Below, piece by piece: positions 49,754 to 57,547 of a DNA stretch of 64,000 bases. The notes below the pieces were generated by a model. The model did no database searches. It had not been told where the DNA came from and worked only from the letters and a program-made list of their open reading frames with translations. Within the stretch, counting starts at the first letter, position 1. Each line of letters starts with the position of its first letter. This DNA comes from Candidatus Aenigmatarchaeota archaeon (GTDB taxonomy: Archaea > Aenigmatarchaeota > Aenigmatarchaeia > Aenigmatarchaeales > JACQIB01): the NCBI GenBank assembly GCA_016198755.1, contig JACQIB010000005.1, forward strand, positions 48,931 to 112,930, in the 5' to 3' direction. The position numbers were made by a program, and so were the translations under genes.

Positions 49754-49951
49754 TTATAAGAATTCCCTTCTGACAGCTTCGTGTTCTGTAAATTCGCTCT
49801 TCTCTCTCCTTCTGGACTCCGCTAATAGCCTTTTGGCGTGGCCTGACAACTCTATTTCATCTTCTATTACCATTCTAAGCTCCTCAACATTCTCCTTTAA
49901 CGACAGTATATCCTTGTGCATGTGCTCTAAAGATAGCTGTTGGGTTTTCAT
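49754..49951 (-). CDS. putative cognate antitoxin
   Basis: ATG at 49951: MKTQQLSLEHMHKDILSLKENVEELRMVIEDEIELSGHAKRLLAESRRREKSEFTEHEAVRREFL. It lies 22 nt upstream of the toxin. The call rests on position and size. Confidence 0.55.
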   Translation of the reverse strand: MKTQQLSLEHMHKDILSLKENVEELRMVIEDEIELSGHAKRLLAESRRREKSEFTEHEAVRREFL

Positions 49952-49995
49952 AATAAAGAGTTGTTTTTTATAACTTATAAGGCTTTGCCTGTTCA

Positions 49996-50034
49996 AAGGT
50001 TCTTCGGCCTTTTATCTACCTTTACAACAGCGCG
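49996..50034. repeat. copy B: partial, slightly decayed duplicate of the tbp 3-prime coding end
   Basis: aaggttcttcggccttttatctacctttacaacagcgcg versus 50089-50127 aaggttcttcagcctcttatctacctttacaacagcgcg (2 mismatches). Weaker similarity continues to about 50048. Confidence 0.8.
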
Positions 50035-50047
50035 CTCAGATACCCGC

Positions 50048-50127
50048 ATTTTAACAAGAACAAACTTAGCTCTGTATTATTTTTTATTAAGGTTCTTCAG
50101 CCTCTTATCTACCTTTACAACAGCGCG
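50048..50127. repeat. copy C: the resident tbp 3-prime end and downstream flank (master copy of repeats A and B)
   Basis: It contains the tbp stop (50077-50079) and the last 14 codons plus part of a 15th (...AVVKVDKRLKNLNKK*). Confidence 0.85.
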
Positions 50128-50619
50128 TTCAACATCGGCTATGCTTCTGCCTCCAGTGCAAATAACTTTTCCTGAACCAAACAACAAAAAGGTCACTTTA
50201 GGATCGTCCATTCTGTAAACCAATCCTGGGAATTGTTCAGGCTCGTATTCTGTGTTTTCTAAAGTGAAAGCAATATCATCTAAATTTAATTCCCCTTCAA
50301 TTTTTGCAGAAGCAACAATATTTTCCAGCCTTACAGTATAGTTGGAAGGTATCCTTATGCCAAGTTTTCTCATTTTTCCAACTATTTTAGCTATGACTTC
50401 CTTTGATTCCTTTGGACTTTTTGCACCTGTACATACAATCTTTCCTGAAGAAAAAATCAAAGCTGCTGCTTTCGGCTCTTTCATTCTCAAAACCACTCCA
50501 GGAAACTGTTCAGGCTCGTACTCTATCCCTTCCAGTCCAGCCACAACCTTTTCAAGCTTTACTTCAGTATTCAAGTTAGCAGAAGCCACAACGTTCTCAA
50601 TTTTTATTCTATAGGCCAT
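50077..50619 (-). CDS. tbp: TATA-box binding protein
   Basis: ATG at 50619: MAYRIKIENVVASANL.... Two direct TBP repeats (ENVVASANL...EPEQFPGVVLRM...SGKIVCTGAKS and ENIVASAKI...EPEQFPGLVYRM...SGKVICTGGRS). The track extension to 50745 is unlikely. Confidence 0.92.
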   Translation of the reverse strand: MAYRIKIENVVASANLNTEVKLEKVVAGLEGIEYEPEQFPGVVLRMKEPKAAALIFSSGKIVCTGAKSPKESKEVIAKIVGKMRKLGIRIPSNYTVRLENIVASAKIEGELNLDDIAFTLENTEYEPEQFPGLVYRMDDPKVTFLLFGSGKVICTGGRSIADVERAVVKVDKRLKNLNKK

Positions 50620-50641
50620 TTTAGAACCCCTTTCAAGCTTA

Positions 50642-50674
50642 GGGTATTTATAAAGGAGGGGGTATTTAAATACC
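50642..50674. promoter_or_regulatory. divergent promoter with two TATA boxes (tbp / dph6)
   Basis: gggtatttataaagg (50642-50656) lies about 26 nt from the tbp ATG on the minus strand. The palindrome ggtatttaaatacc (50661-50674) lies about 35 nt upstream of the dph6 ATG at 50705. Confidence 0.45.
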
Positions 50675-50704
50675 TTTTTAAAGGCCTGCAGCGCAGGTTT
50701 TCGA

Positions 50705-51391
50705 ATGAAATGCGCAGCTTTGTTTTCGGGAGGAAAGGACAGCACACGGGCAATTTACTTGGCACAGAAAGCTGGGCACGATGTGGTTGTTTTGTTAACA
50801 GTTTTCAGTCAAAACGAGGAAAGCTATATGTTCCATACATGCAACATTGAGCTGAGCAAATTGCAAGCTCAGGCTATGAAACTGCCGCAGCTTGTTGCAG
50901 AAACTGAGGGAAAAAAGGAGGAAGAACTGGAGGATTTGGAAAAACTAATTGCAGAAGCCAAAAATAAGTTTGGTATAGAGGGTGTAGTTTGCGGGGGTTT
51001 GGCTTCTGTTTACCAAGGGAGCAGGATTGAAAAGATTTGCAAGGGATTGAAACTGGAAATGTTAGCTCCTTTGTGGTGTATCCCTGCTGAGGAACACTTG
51101 AAAGGATTATTGAGAGAAGGGTTTAAGGTTATTTTTACTGGAGTTTTTGCTGATGGGTTGGGAAAAGAGTGGTTAGGAAGGGAACTGGATGAGAAAGCTG
51201 TGCAGGAGCTTTTGGAACTGGAAAAAAAGAAGGGAGTTAGCCCAGTTGGGGAGGGGGGAGAATTTGAGTCTGCTGTTCTGGATTGCCCTCTTTTTAAAGG
51301 GAAAATAAAAATTGTTGAATCTGAACCCAAATGGGAAGGTTTATCTGGAAAATTACTGATTAAGAAAACATATCTTATTTCTAAGCCTTAA
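50705..51391 (+). CDS. dph6: diphthine-ammonia ligase-type ATP pyrophosphatase (Dph6/MJ0570 family)
   Basis: 228 aa. PP-loop MKCAALFSGGKDS, ...YMFHT.N..L...QA.A..LP, GGEFES near the C-terminus. Confidence 0.75.
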   Translation: MKCAALFSGGKDSTRAIYLAQKAGHDVVVLLTVFSQNEESYMFHTCNIELSKLQAQAMKLPQLVAETEGKKEEELEDLEKLIAEAKNKFGIEGVVCGGLASVYQGSRIEKICKGLKLEMLAPLWCIPAEEHLKGLLREGFKVIFTGVFADGLGKEWLGRELDEKAVQELLELEKKKGVSPVGEGGEFESAVLDCPLFKGKIKIVESEPKWEGLSGKLLIKKTYLISKP

Positions 51392-52415
51392 GACTTCCGT
51401 TTGCATAGTAAGGATAGAGTTTAGGGTCCCATCTAACGCTCCCCGGATAACATACATCAGCTGTCTCAACCGTGGCCATTATTGTTTGTACATGGATTAT
51501 TGAACGGTGGTTTTCAGAAATCTTTCCGGCTTCATTCTCCCTTCTCAGCTCCTCATCCTCAAGCTCCCTTATTTCAGCTGATTGTCTACCTCTTGCTGCA
51601 GCCAGAGTTTCGAAGTATCTGTTATTAGCCTGCCTGTTCCTCCTTCCATACCACCAGATTTTCACTGGACCTGATAGGACAAATGTGGCTGCTGAAGAAA
51701 GGAATGGAACCAATACTTTAACCACTTCTGCATCTGGCATTCCAGCAAACAAGCCAATACCCAATGCCCCTGCTGTTGCAAGATTCTTTACTTGTCCCTT
51801 TAGCTCTCCAACCTCTATTTTAGTTTTCTGTATATTATCTATTTCAATCTTCCATCTATTTTCCATTGCTGTAATATCATCTTCATAATCCCTTTCAACT
51901 CTTCTTACTCTCTCTGTATATGTGGTTTCTATATCTGCAAGCTCAGCCCTGAGCCTGCCCCTCGCAGAAGCCAGCCTTGCCCCAGCATTTCTTGCATGGG
52001 TTACATATGTGGTCATATACCTGACATTCAACAAATCTATATCATCCACTGTATCATCTGTAACTTTTCCAGCAAGCTTTTCCAGCCAATCAACTTCATT
52101 TTTAGCTTGCTCTATTCTGGCAGGTCTGGTTTTCCCGTCAGCTTTTTCATCCAAAAGCGTTGCATAATGGTTTGAATAATCTACAACCTCAAATGGTCCG
52201 GGAACAGGATCTCTTGGAAAATACTTCAAATCAACCTGTATTCCAAACCTTTCCGCAAACAAATGTTGCCAGCTTGCATACCTGTTAAGATTCAGGTCTT
52301 CAAGCCTGTATAGGTCTGTTGGAGAAACGCTTAGTGGAGCCACATGCCTTGGCCTAACACTGTTATCTGTTACCCTCCTTCCAGCTGTACCGCCAGCTAA
52401 CATTGTTCCTATCAT
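51381..52415 (-). CDS. hypothetical protein with central coiled coil and a hydrophobic hairpin
   Basis: 344 aa. Motifs: RLRAELADIETTYTERVRRVERDYEDDITAMENRWKIEIDNIQ; hydrophobic ATAGALGIGLFAG...VLVPFLSSAATFVLSGPV. Its 3-prime end overlaps the convergent dph6 by 11 nt. Confidence 0.65.
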   Translation of the reverse strand: MIGTMLAGGTAGRRVTDNSVRPRHVAPLSVSPTDLYRLEDLNLNRYASWQHLFAERFGIQVDLKYFPRDPVPGPFEVVDYSNHYATLLDEKADGKTRPARIEQAKNEVDWLEKLAGKVTDDTVDDIDLLNVRYMTTYVTHARNAGARLASARGRLRAELADIETTYTERVRRVERDYEDDITAMENRWKIEIDNIQKTKIEVGELKGQVKNLATAGALGIGLFAGMPDAEVVKVLVPFLSSAATFVLSGPVKIWWYGRRNRQANNRYFETLAAARGRQSAEIRELEDEELRRENEAGKISENHRSIIHVQTIMATVETADVCYPGSVRWDPKLYPYYANGSLKA

Positions 52416-52448
52416 AATAGGGCTTGGATAGAAATCTTTTTATACCCA

Positions 52449-53231
52449 TTATAAGAGGGCATCCTTTAGTGCCGTACTGCACTCACAGGAACGCTCAGCA
52501 GGCAGGGCTTCTATTGCTGAAAACAGGAGTTTGCGTGCATTTTCAACATTTGCAGACATTGTTTTTAAAATCTCCTGTATGCTTACATGAGAATCCTTCC
52601 AGCAGTCATAATCTGTTACAAGAGAAATGTTTGAATAGCATATTTCTGCTTCTCTTGCTAAAACAGCCTCAGGAACCAGAGTCATGCCAACCACATCAAC
52701 CCCCCATTTCCTGAACAAATTGCTCTCAGCTTTAGTTGAAAAGCGGGGACCCTGAATGCAGATGTAGGTTCCTGCTGGCTTTATTGGCAGATTTAATTTT
52801 TGGCCGGCAGCTATAATAAGGGAGCGAAGCTGGGGACAAAAAGGCTCTGCAACAGAGATATGGCAGGTTTTGCTGCCTTCATAAAAGCTGGAAGAGCGGC
52901 CCGCGGTGCGGTCAATAAACTGGTCCAGCAAAACAATGTCTCCGGGCTTTAGCTCTTCCTTTAAGCTTCCGCAGGAACTGGCTGCAAGTATCCTTTTTAT
53001 TCCCAACTCTTTTAAGGCCCAGATATTTGCCCTGTAATTAACTAAGTGCGCAGGATACTGGTGTCCTCTCCCATGCCTTGATAAGAAAGCAATTTTCATA
53101 CCATTAAAAGTTCCTATAATAATATTGTCTGAAGGCTTCCCATATGGGGTGTGTACTTTTACCTCCTCTATATTCTTCAGCTCTTCCGCGCTGTAAAGTC
53201 CCGAACCCCCGATAATTGCTATCTCAGGCAT
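52449..53231 (-). CDS. mtnP: S-methyl-5-prime-thioadenosine phosphorylase (PNP family)
   Basis: ATG at 53231: MPEIAIIGGSGLY...HTPYGKPSD...AFLSRHGRGHQYPAHLVNYRANIWALKELG...MTLVPEAVLAREAE. Confidence 0.85.
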   Translation of the reverse strand: MPEIAIIGGSGLYSAEELKNIEEVKVHTPYGKPSDNIIIGTFNGMKIAFLSRHGRGHQYPAHLVNYRANIWALKELGIKRILAASSCGSLKEELKPGDIVLLDQFIDRTAGRSSSFYEGSKTCHISVAEPFCPQLRSLIIAAGQKLNLPIKPAGTYICIQGPRFSTKAESNLFRKWGVDVVGMTLVPEAVLAREAEICYSNISLVTDYDCWKDSHVSIQEILKTMSANVENARKLLFSAIEALPAERSCECSTALKDALL

Positions 53232-53274
53232 AGGGTATTTATGTGAATAGACAAAAATATAAACCTGTGATAAA

Positions 53275-53730
53275 ATGACAATAGACAAGCCTTTATACGA
53301 GCTCAAGCCCAGCAGGATATCTTTTGTTACAAATTACTTTCTTTCTGCTGTTCTTGTTAGTATTGTTGGAGCTGTAAAAGCCCTTGGATTGTACATAAAT
53401 GAAGTTGGAATTGCTGCTGCGGGGGGATTGGTTTTAATTCTTTTGGTTATTCCTGAAATTGCAAGGGTTAGGCATCTGTATAAAATTACACCTTCGCAGG
53501 TTGTTCAGGAAGTGGGAATTTTAAAAAAGCAGAGGGATAGCATTTTTCTCAATAATATTGCAGATTTGAATTCTGACCAGAACTTTTCCCAGAGGTTGCT
53601 TATGTTTGGGGATATAAAGATTGGATCTTCCTCTGGGGCTGAGAAGATTGTTTTAAAGGGCATTAGAAACCCAAGGGAAATTGTTATAGAGCTTGAAAGG
53701 CTAATGCACGAATACGGGAAAGATAAGTAG
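53275..53730 (+). CDS. membrane protein with bacterial-PH (bPH_2/YdbT-like) domain
   Basis: 151 aa with two N-terminal TM helices, then YKITPSQVVQEVGILKKQRDSIFLNNIADLNSDQNFSQRLLMFGDIKIGSS. GTGATAAAATG start context. Confidence 0.55.
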   Translation: MTIDKPLYELKPSRISFVTNYFLSAVLVSIVGAVKALGLYINEVGIAAAGGLVLILLVIPEIARVRHLYKITPSQVVQEVGILKKQRDSIFLNNIADLNSDQNFSQRLLMFGDIKIGSSSGAEKIVLKGIRNPREIVIELERLMHEYGKDK

Positions 53731-53731
53731 T

Positions 53732-54727
53732 TTATTCTTCAAGTCTTGGGAGTGAAGATAACTCTTTTTTCAAAGATTCAATTGTTTCAGAGCTGTTTGG
53801 GTTTATTCCCAAATCCAGAGCAAGATAAACGCTTATCAGGTCTGCCATGTACAATAATGAAAAGATTTTACAGAGAAGGCTTTCCCCAAGAGCCCAAAGC
53901 TCTGTATTGGTTTTAAATGCCAGCCTTTTTGTTAATTCAATTCTCTGCCCAACCCTGTCATCCTCCTGAGGGTCGCGCAGCAAAACAGCTATTGTTTCCT
54001 TCGCTCTCGGATCAACAGGCCATGCCATTATCTCGTTGTGATTCATTTCTGGAAACTCTGACCAATAAGAAAGTGTTCTGCAATCTTCTTGTAACCTGTT
54101 GGAAAACCTGCGGGCTATTGATGTATATGGACCTGCACCGAAAATAATCGGAAACTTCCCTCTCAATAGAACTGCAACGCCTTTTGCACCGTTATCCACC
54201 GAAACATAACCCAGCTCAGGTTTCATGCTGTTTAACAAATTAACTGTCTCAATTACGTTATTCTCCATATCTAAAAACCCTGAAACATGGAGTGTTTTCA
54301 GCATTGGGAAAAATAGGGTTGCAACTGCAGCACGCGGCTGGGGTGCTTTTGGAATCTTAATAAAAACTGCTCCTGAGCTTGCACAGAGTTCTTCCAGCTT
54401 TCCTCCAGTCCCAATACCCACAACAATTGCACCGCGCTCGAGTGCTTTTTTAGTTGCTGTTAAAGTTTCTTCTGTATTTCCTGAATGGGAAACTGAAAAG
54501 AAAAGGGTCTCGCTGGAAACAAAGGCTGGTATTGAATAGGAACGGTTTACAAAAACCGGTATCGGGAGAGTTTCCAGCAATAAGGATTGTAAGATATCCC
54601 CGCCTATTGAGCTGGCACCCATGCCGGCAACAACAATATTTTTTGGCTTCTGCACAGTAGGTACAGGCAAAGACCAGGCTGCATAAATCTGGTTTGGCAT
54701 CGACAATGTATAGTTTAGGAAATCCAT
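53732..54727 (-). CDS. bifunctional phosphoglucose/phosphomannose isomerase (SIS family)
   Basis: ATG at 54727: MDFLNYTLSMPNQI.... SIS motif VVAGMGASSIGGDIL, ...SHSGNTEETL. The track start at 54772 would overlap the upstream gene by 41 nt. Confidence 0.75.
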   Translation of the reverse strand: MDFLNYTLSMPNQIYAAWSLPVPTVQKPKNIVVAGMGASSIGGDILQSLLLETLPIPVFVNRSYSIPAFVSSETLFFSVSHSGNTEETLTATKKALERGAIVVGIGTGGKLEELCASSGAVFIKIPKAPQPRAAVATLFFPMLKTLHVSGFLDMENNVIETVNLLNSMKPELGYVSVDNGAKGVAVLLRGKFPIIFGAGPYTSIARRFSNRLQEDCRTLSYWSEFPEMNHNEIMAWPVDPRAKETIAVLLRDPQEDDRVGQRIELTKRLAFKTNTELWALGESLLCKIFSLLYMADLISVYLALDLGINPNSSETIESLKKELSSLPRLEE

Positions 54728-54731
54728 ACCT

Positions 54732-55481
54732 TCATTTCCCAAGATTCTTCCCTCTTTCTCCCGTATATTCATACTCAGAACTCTCTAATCTTTTTGCAAA
54801 GGGCTTCTCTTCTGTCAGCTCCTCAATAACATGAGCTGAAATCCCTGCTGTGCGGGGGATAACAAAAAAGGCTTTTGCTACCCTCCAATGGAACCCCATT
54901 TCAGAAATTATTGCTGCTATTGCTCCGTCTACATTCAAACACAACTTTTTTCCCTGGGATTTTTCAAGTTCTTTCTCTAGTTCAAGAGCAAAGTTGCAGT
55001 AGCTCCCGAAAATCCCAAGTTCTTTTGCAAGCTTGAAAAGTTTATGAGTTCTTGGATCTGTTGTATAAACTTTATGTCCATAGCCTGGAAGCCTTTCTTT
55101 CTTGGCTGAAAAGGCAGAAACAACATCCCCAGCTGTTTTACCAAGGTTCTCCTGCAGTACCTTGGCACAGCCTTCACCAGCACCCCCGTGATGTTCTCCT
55201 ATTGCAAGTATTCCGGCTGCCAAGCCCTGCACAAAACTTCCGGAACCGGAAGCTGCTGTCCTTGCAGACATTATTGAAGGAGTTCCTATACTATGTTCAG
55301 CAACAGAAACCAAAATTGAATCAACCATTTTCCCTTCCTCAGCTGTTGGAAGCTTTCCCCTCAGCAGTAAATAAACCATTTCAGCATAACTTATTTTTCC
55401 TACAAGCTCTTCCAGAGAGTAGCCACGAACAGATGTTCCCTCGTCCGTAGAGTCTGAAATTTTCGTTTTCCACTTTACCAT
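54732..55481 (-). CDS. short citrate-synthase-family protein (citryl-CoA lyase-like)
   Basis: 249 aa. EHHGGAGEG and the citrate-synthase signature LPGYGHKVYTTDPRT. It lacks the large N-terminal part of canonical citrate synthase. It directly follows the SCS-like alpha gene. Confidence 0.7.
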   Translation of the reverse strand: MVKWKTKISDSTDEGTSVRGYSLEELVGKISYAEMVYLLLRGKLPTAEEGKMVDSILVSVAEHSIGTPSIMSARTAASGSGSFVQGLAAGILAIGEHHGGAGEGCAKVLQENLGKTAGDVVSAFSAKKERLPGYGHKVYTTDPRTHKLFKLAKELGIFGSYCNFALELEKELEKSQGKKLCLNVDGAIAAIISEMGFHWRVAKAFFVIPRTAGISAHVIEELTEEKPFAKRLESSEYEYTGERGKNLGK

Positions 55482-56381
55482 TTAAATCGCCCCCTTTATC
55501 AGTTCCCCTAACTTATCATGGGTTTCAGCTATTAAAACACCTGCTTCTCTCAGAGCTTTTATTTTCTCTGTTGGGCTCCCTCTCCCATTTTCTATCAATG
55601 CACCGGCATGCCCAAACTGAGTTCCATGCGGGAGTTTTTCAGCAAAAACACCTGCAATAAAGGCTGCTATAGGTTTTGTAAACTCTTTCTTTTTTATTGC
55701 TTCAGCAATCTTATCCTCGTAAGTTCCCCCAGGCTCACCGAAAATTACAACGCCCTTTGTTTCAGGATCCTTCTCAAACATTCTTAACAGATCCACAAAA
55801 TCTGTTCCCAAAATTACATCCCCGCCTATTCCAATTACTGTGCTCTGTCCTAAGCCAGCAGAGCGCACAACCCAGGCTGTTTCATTTGTCATTCCACCAC
55901 TCTTTGATATTACTCCAATAGGGCCCGGTGTGTAAATTTTATCAGTATCGTCCTTTATCCCTCCCAGAACTCCAATCTTGCACTGCTTTGGACTAACTAT
56001 TCCAATAGAAGAGGGTCCAATAATCCTTGCACCATATATATTCGCATACCTTATCATCTGCACAGTATCCTGTATTGCAACCCCTTCTGTTATCAGATTT
56101 ACAAGCTTAATCCCGTTGGAAACAGCTTCTATAACAGCTTCCTTCGCAGCTGCAGGCGGAACATAAACAGCTGTGCAGTTTATTTCAGGGTGGTTTTTCA
56201 AAGCTTCATGTACAGAATTATAAACAGGAACTCCTTCTGTGGTCTGTCCTCCCTTTCCAGGTGTTACCCCAGCAACAACTTTAGTTCCATATTCGAGCAT
56301 TGTGCGGAGGGCTACCTGCCCAGTCCTTCCAGTAATGCCTTGTATCAAAACCCTTGTATCTTTGTTTACCAGAATGCTCAT
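55482..56381 (-). CDS. succinyl-CoA-synthetase alpha-like subunit (CoA-binding; SucD/CcsB/AclB-type)
   Basis: 299 aa. [21 protein letters not shown]...GVTPGKGG. Phosphohistidine loop GHAGALI. Confidence 0.85.
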   Translation of the reverse strand: MSILVNKDTRVLIQGITGRTGQVALRTMLEYGTKVVAGVTPGKGGQTTEGVPVYNSVHEALKNHPEINCTAVYVPPAAAKEAVIEAVSNGIKLVNLITEGVAIQDTVQMIRYANIYGARIIGPSSIGIVSPKQCKIGVLGGIKDDTDKIYTPGPIGVISKSGGMTNETAWVVRSAGLGQSTVIGIGGDVILGTDFVDLLRMFEKDPETKGVVIFGEPGGTYEDKIAEAIKKKEFTKPIAAFIAGVFAEKLPHGTQFGHAGALIENGRGSPTEKIKALREAGVLIAETHDKLGELIKGAI

Positions 56382-57547
56382 TTTAACCTCTCCATTATTG
56401 TTTTTGCTGTCGAAGTCATTGAAACTTCAGAACCATGCACTTCCAAATCCAGCCCTAATTCCTTTCCAACATCTCTTAAAAGCTGTAGTCCTTCCCTCTC
56501 ATAAGGTCCAGAGCGGCGCACAACAATTGGATATTTTGGCTTCACTTCTCTCAGCGCTTCAACAACGCCCTGCATTGTCTGGTCCACTCTTGTAAAATTT
56601 GCAATCGCCCCTACAATCCATAATCCTTTCAAACAAGGCTGGCCCAGAATAGCTTTTGTTAGAGCATATACTTTTTCTTTCGGCGGATCTCCTGAAAACT
56701 CAGCATAATTCGCCGGATTCCCACCAGCCAGAATCAAAGCATCCATAGCAGCCATGCTTCCTCCGCCTCCGGCAGCAAGAAAACCAATATCCCCCCCAAG
56801 TTCAATAAACTTTACAGAACCTCTATAGTCTGCTTCATCAACCTGCTTAACAGAAAGCTCCCTGTCTGTTAGTTCCCTTCCAACACCTATCATTCTGGGT
56901 GGGTAAACCCTGTCTTTGTGTTTGTAGCCAGCATCATTATCCAGTTCAATTAAGGCTCCAACAGCCACCAGCTCCCCCTCTTCAGTCAGGGACAATGGAT
57001 TTATTTCAAGCAGCCTGCAATCCTCCTCCAGAAAGACAGAATAAAGACGCAATGCAAACTCCGATATTTTAGGTATTAATTCTGAAGGAAACCCTGCATC
57101 CACAGCAGCATCCCTTGCCTGCCACTCTTTTAACCCTAACAACTGATCTATTGGCTTCTTTACCAAATTTCCTTTTGCAAGCTCGACAACATCCACTCCC
57201 CCGCGCGTGCTTAATAGGAGAACAGGCAGCTGGGAATCTGTATCATATAGGAAACTAATGTAAAATTCTTCCTTGGTTTTTGTTTTTCTTTCAAGCAAAA
57301 CAGATTTTACTTTTTCTTTCAGCACAAGAGAACCCAGCAAACTGTTTGTAAAGTTAACTGCCTCAGCAGAGTTGGAAAAGGCCTTGATAGCCCCAGCCTT
57401 CCCGCGCCCGCCTGAAAGAACCTGAGCTTTAACAACAACATCATCAAATGGCATTTCTGAAACTGCTGAAGTAGAGAGAATACCTATGGGAACTTTAATC
57501 CCGTGCTTTCTCAGCAGCTGTTTACTTTCAAACTCGTATAGTCTCAT
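56378..57547 (-). CDS. succinyl-CoA-synthetase beta-like subunit (ATP-grasp; SucC/CcsA-type)
   Basis: 389 aa. [20 protein letters not shown]...[18 protein letters not shown]. 4-nt overlaps with both neighbours. Confidence 0.85.
   Translation of the reverse strand: MRLYEFESKQLLRKHGIKVPIGILSTSAVSEMPFDDVVVKAQVLSGGRGKAGAIKAFSNSAEAVNFTNSLLGSLVLKEKVKSVLLERKTKTKEEFYISFLYDTDSQLPVLLLSTRGGVDVVELAKGNLVKKPIDQLLGLKEWQARDAAVDAGFPSELIPKISEFALRLYSVFLEEDCRLLEINPLSLTEEGELVAVGALIELDNDAGYKHKDRVYPPRMIGVGRELTDRELSVKQVDEADYRGSVKFIELGGDIGFLAAGGGGSMAAMDALILAGGNPANYAEFSGDPPKEKVYALTKAILGQPCLKGLWIVGAIANFTRVDQTMQGVVEALREVKPKYPIVVRRSGPYEREGLQLLRDVGKELGLDLEVHGSEVSMTSTAKTIMERLK

Noticed and set aside
49372-50127. Possibility that the three repeats form a small CRISPR array
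   Set aside because: There are only three copies, of unequal length (77, 39 and 74-80 nt), with unequal spacing. One is part of the tbp coding sequence and protein genes lie between them. No cas genes are present. Interpreted instead as target-site duplications.
49940-50218. Plus-strand 92-aa ORF spanning repeat copies B and C
   Set aside because: It is created by reading through the duplicated tbp 3-prime ends in the antisense direction, and its internal repetition (LLSTFTTARS twice) simply reflects the DNA repeats.
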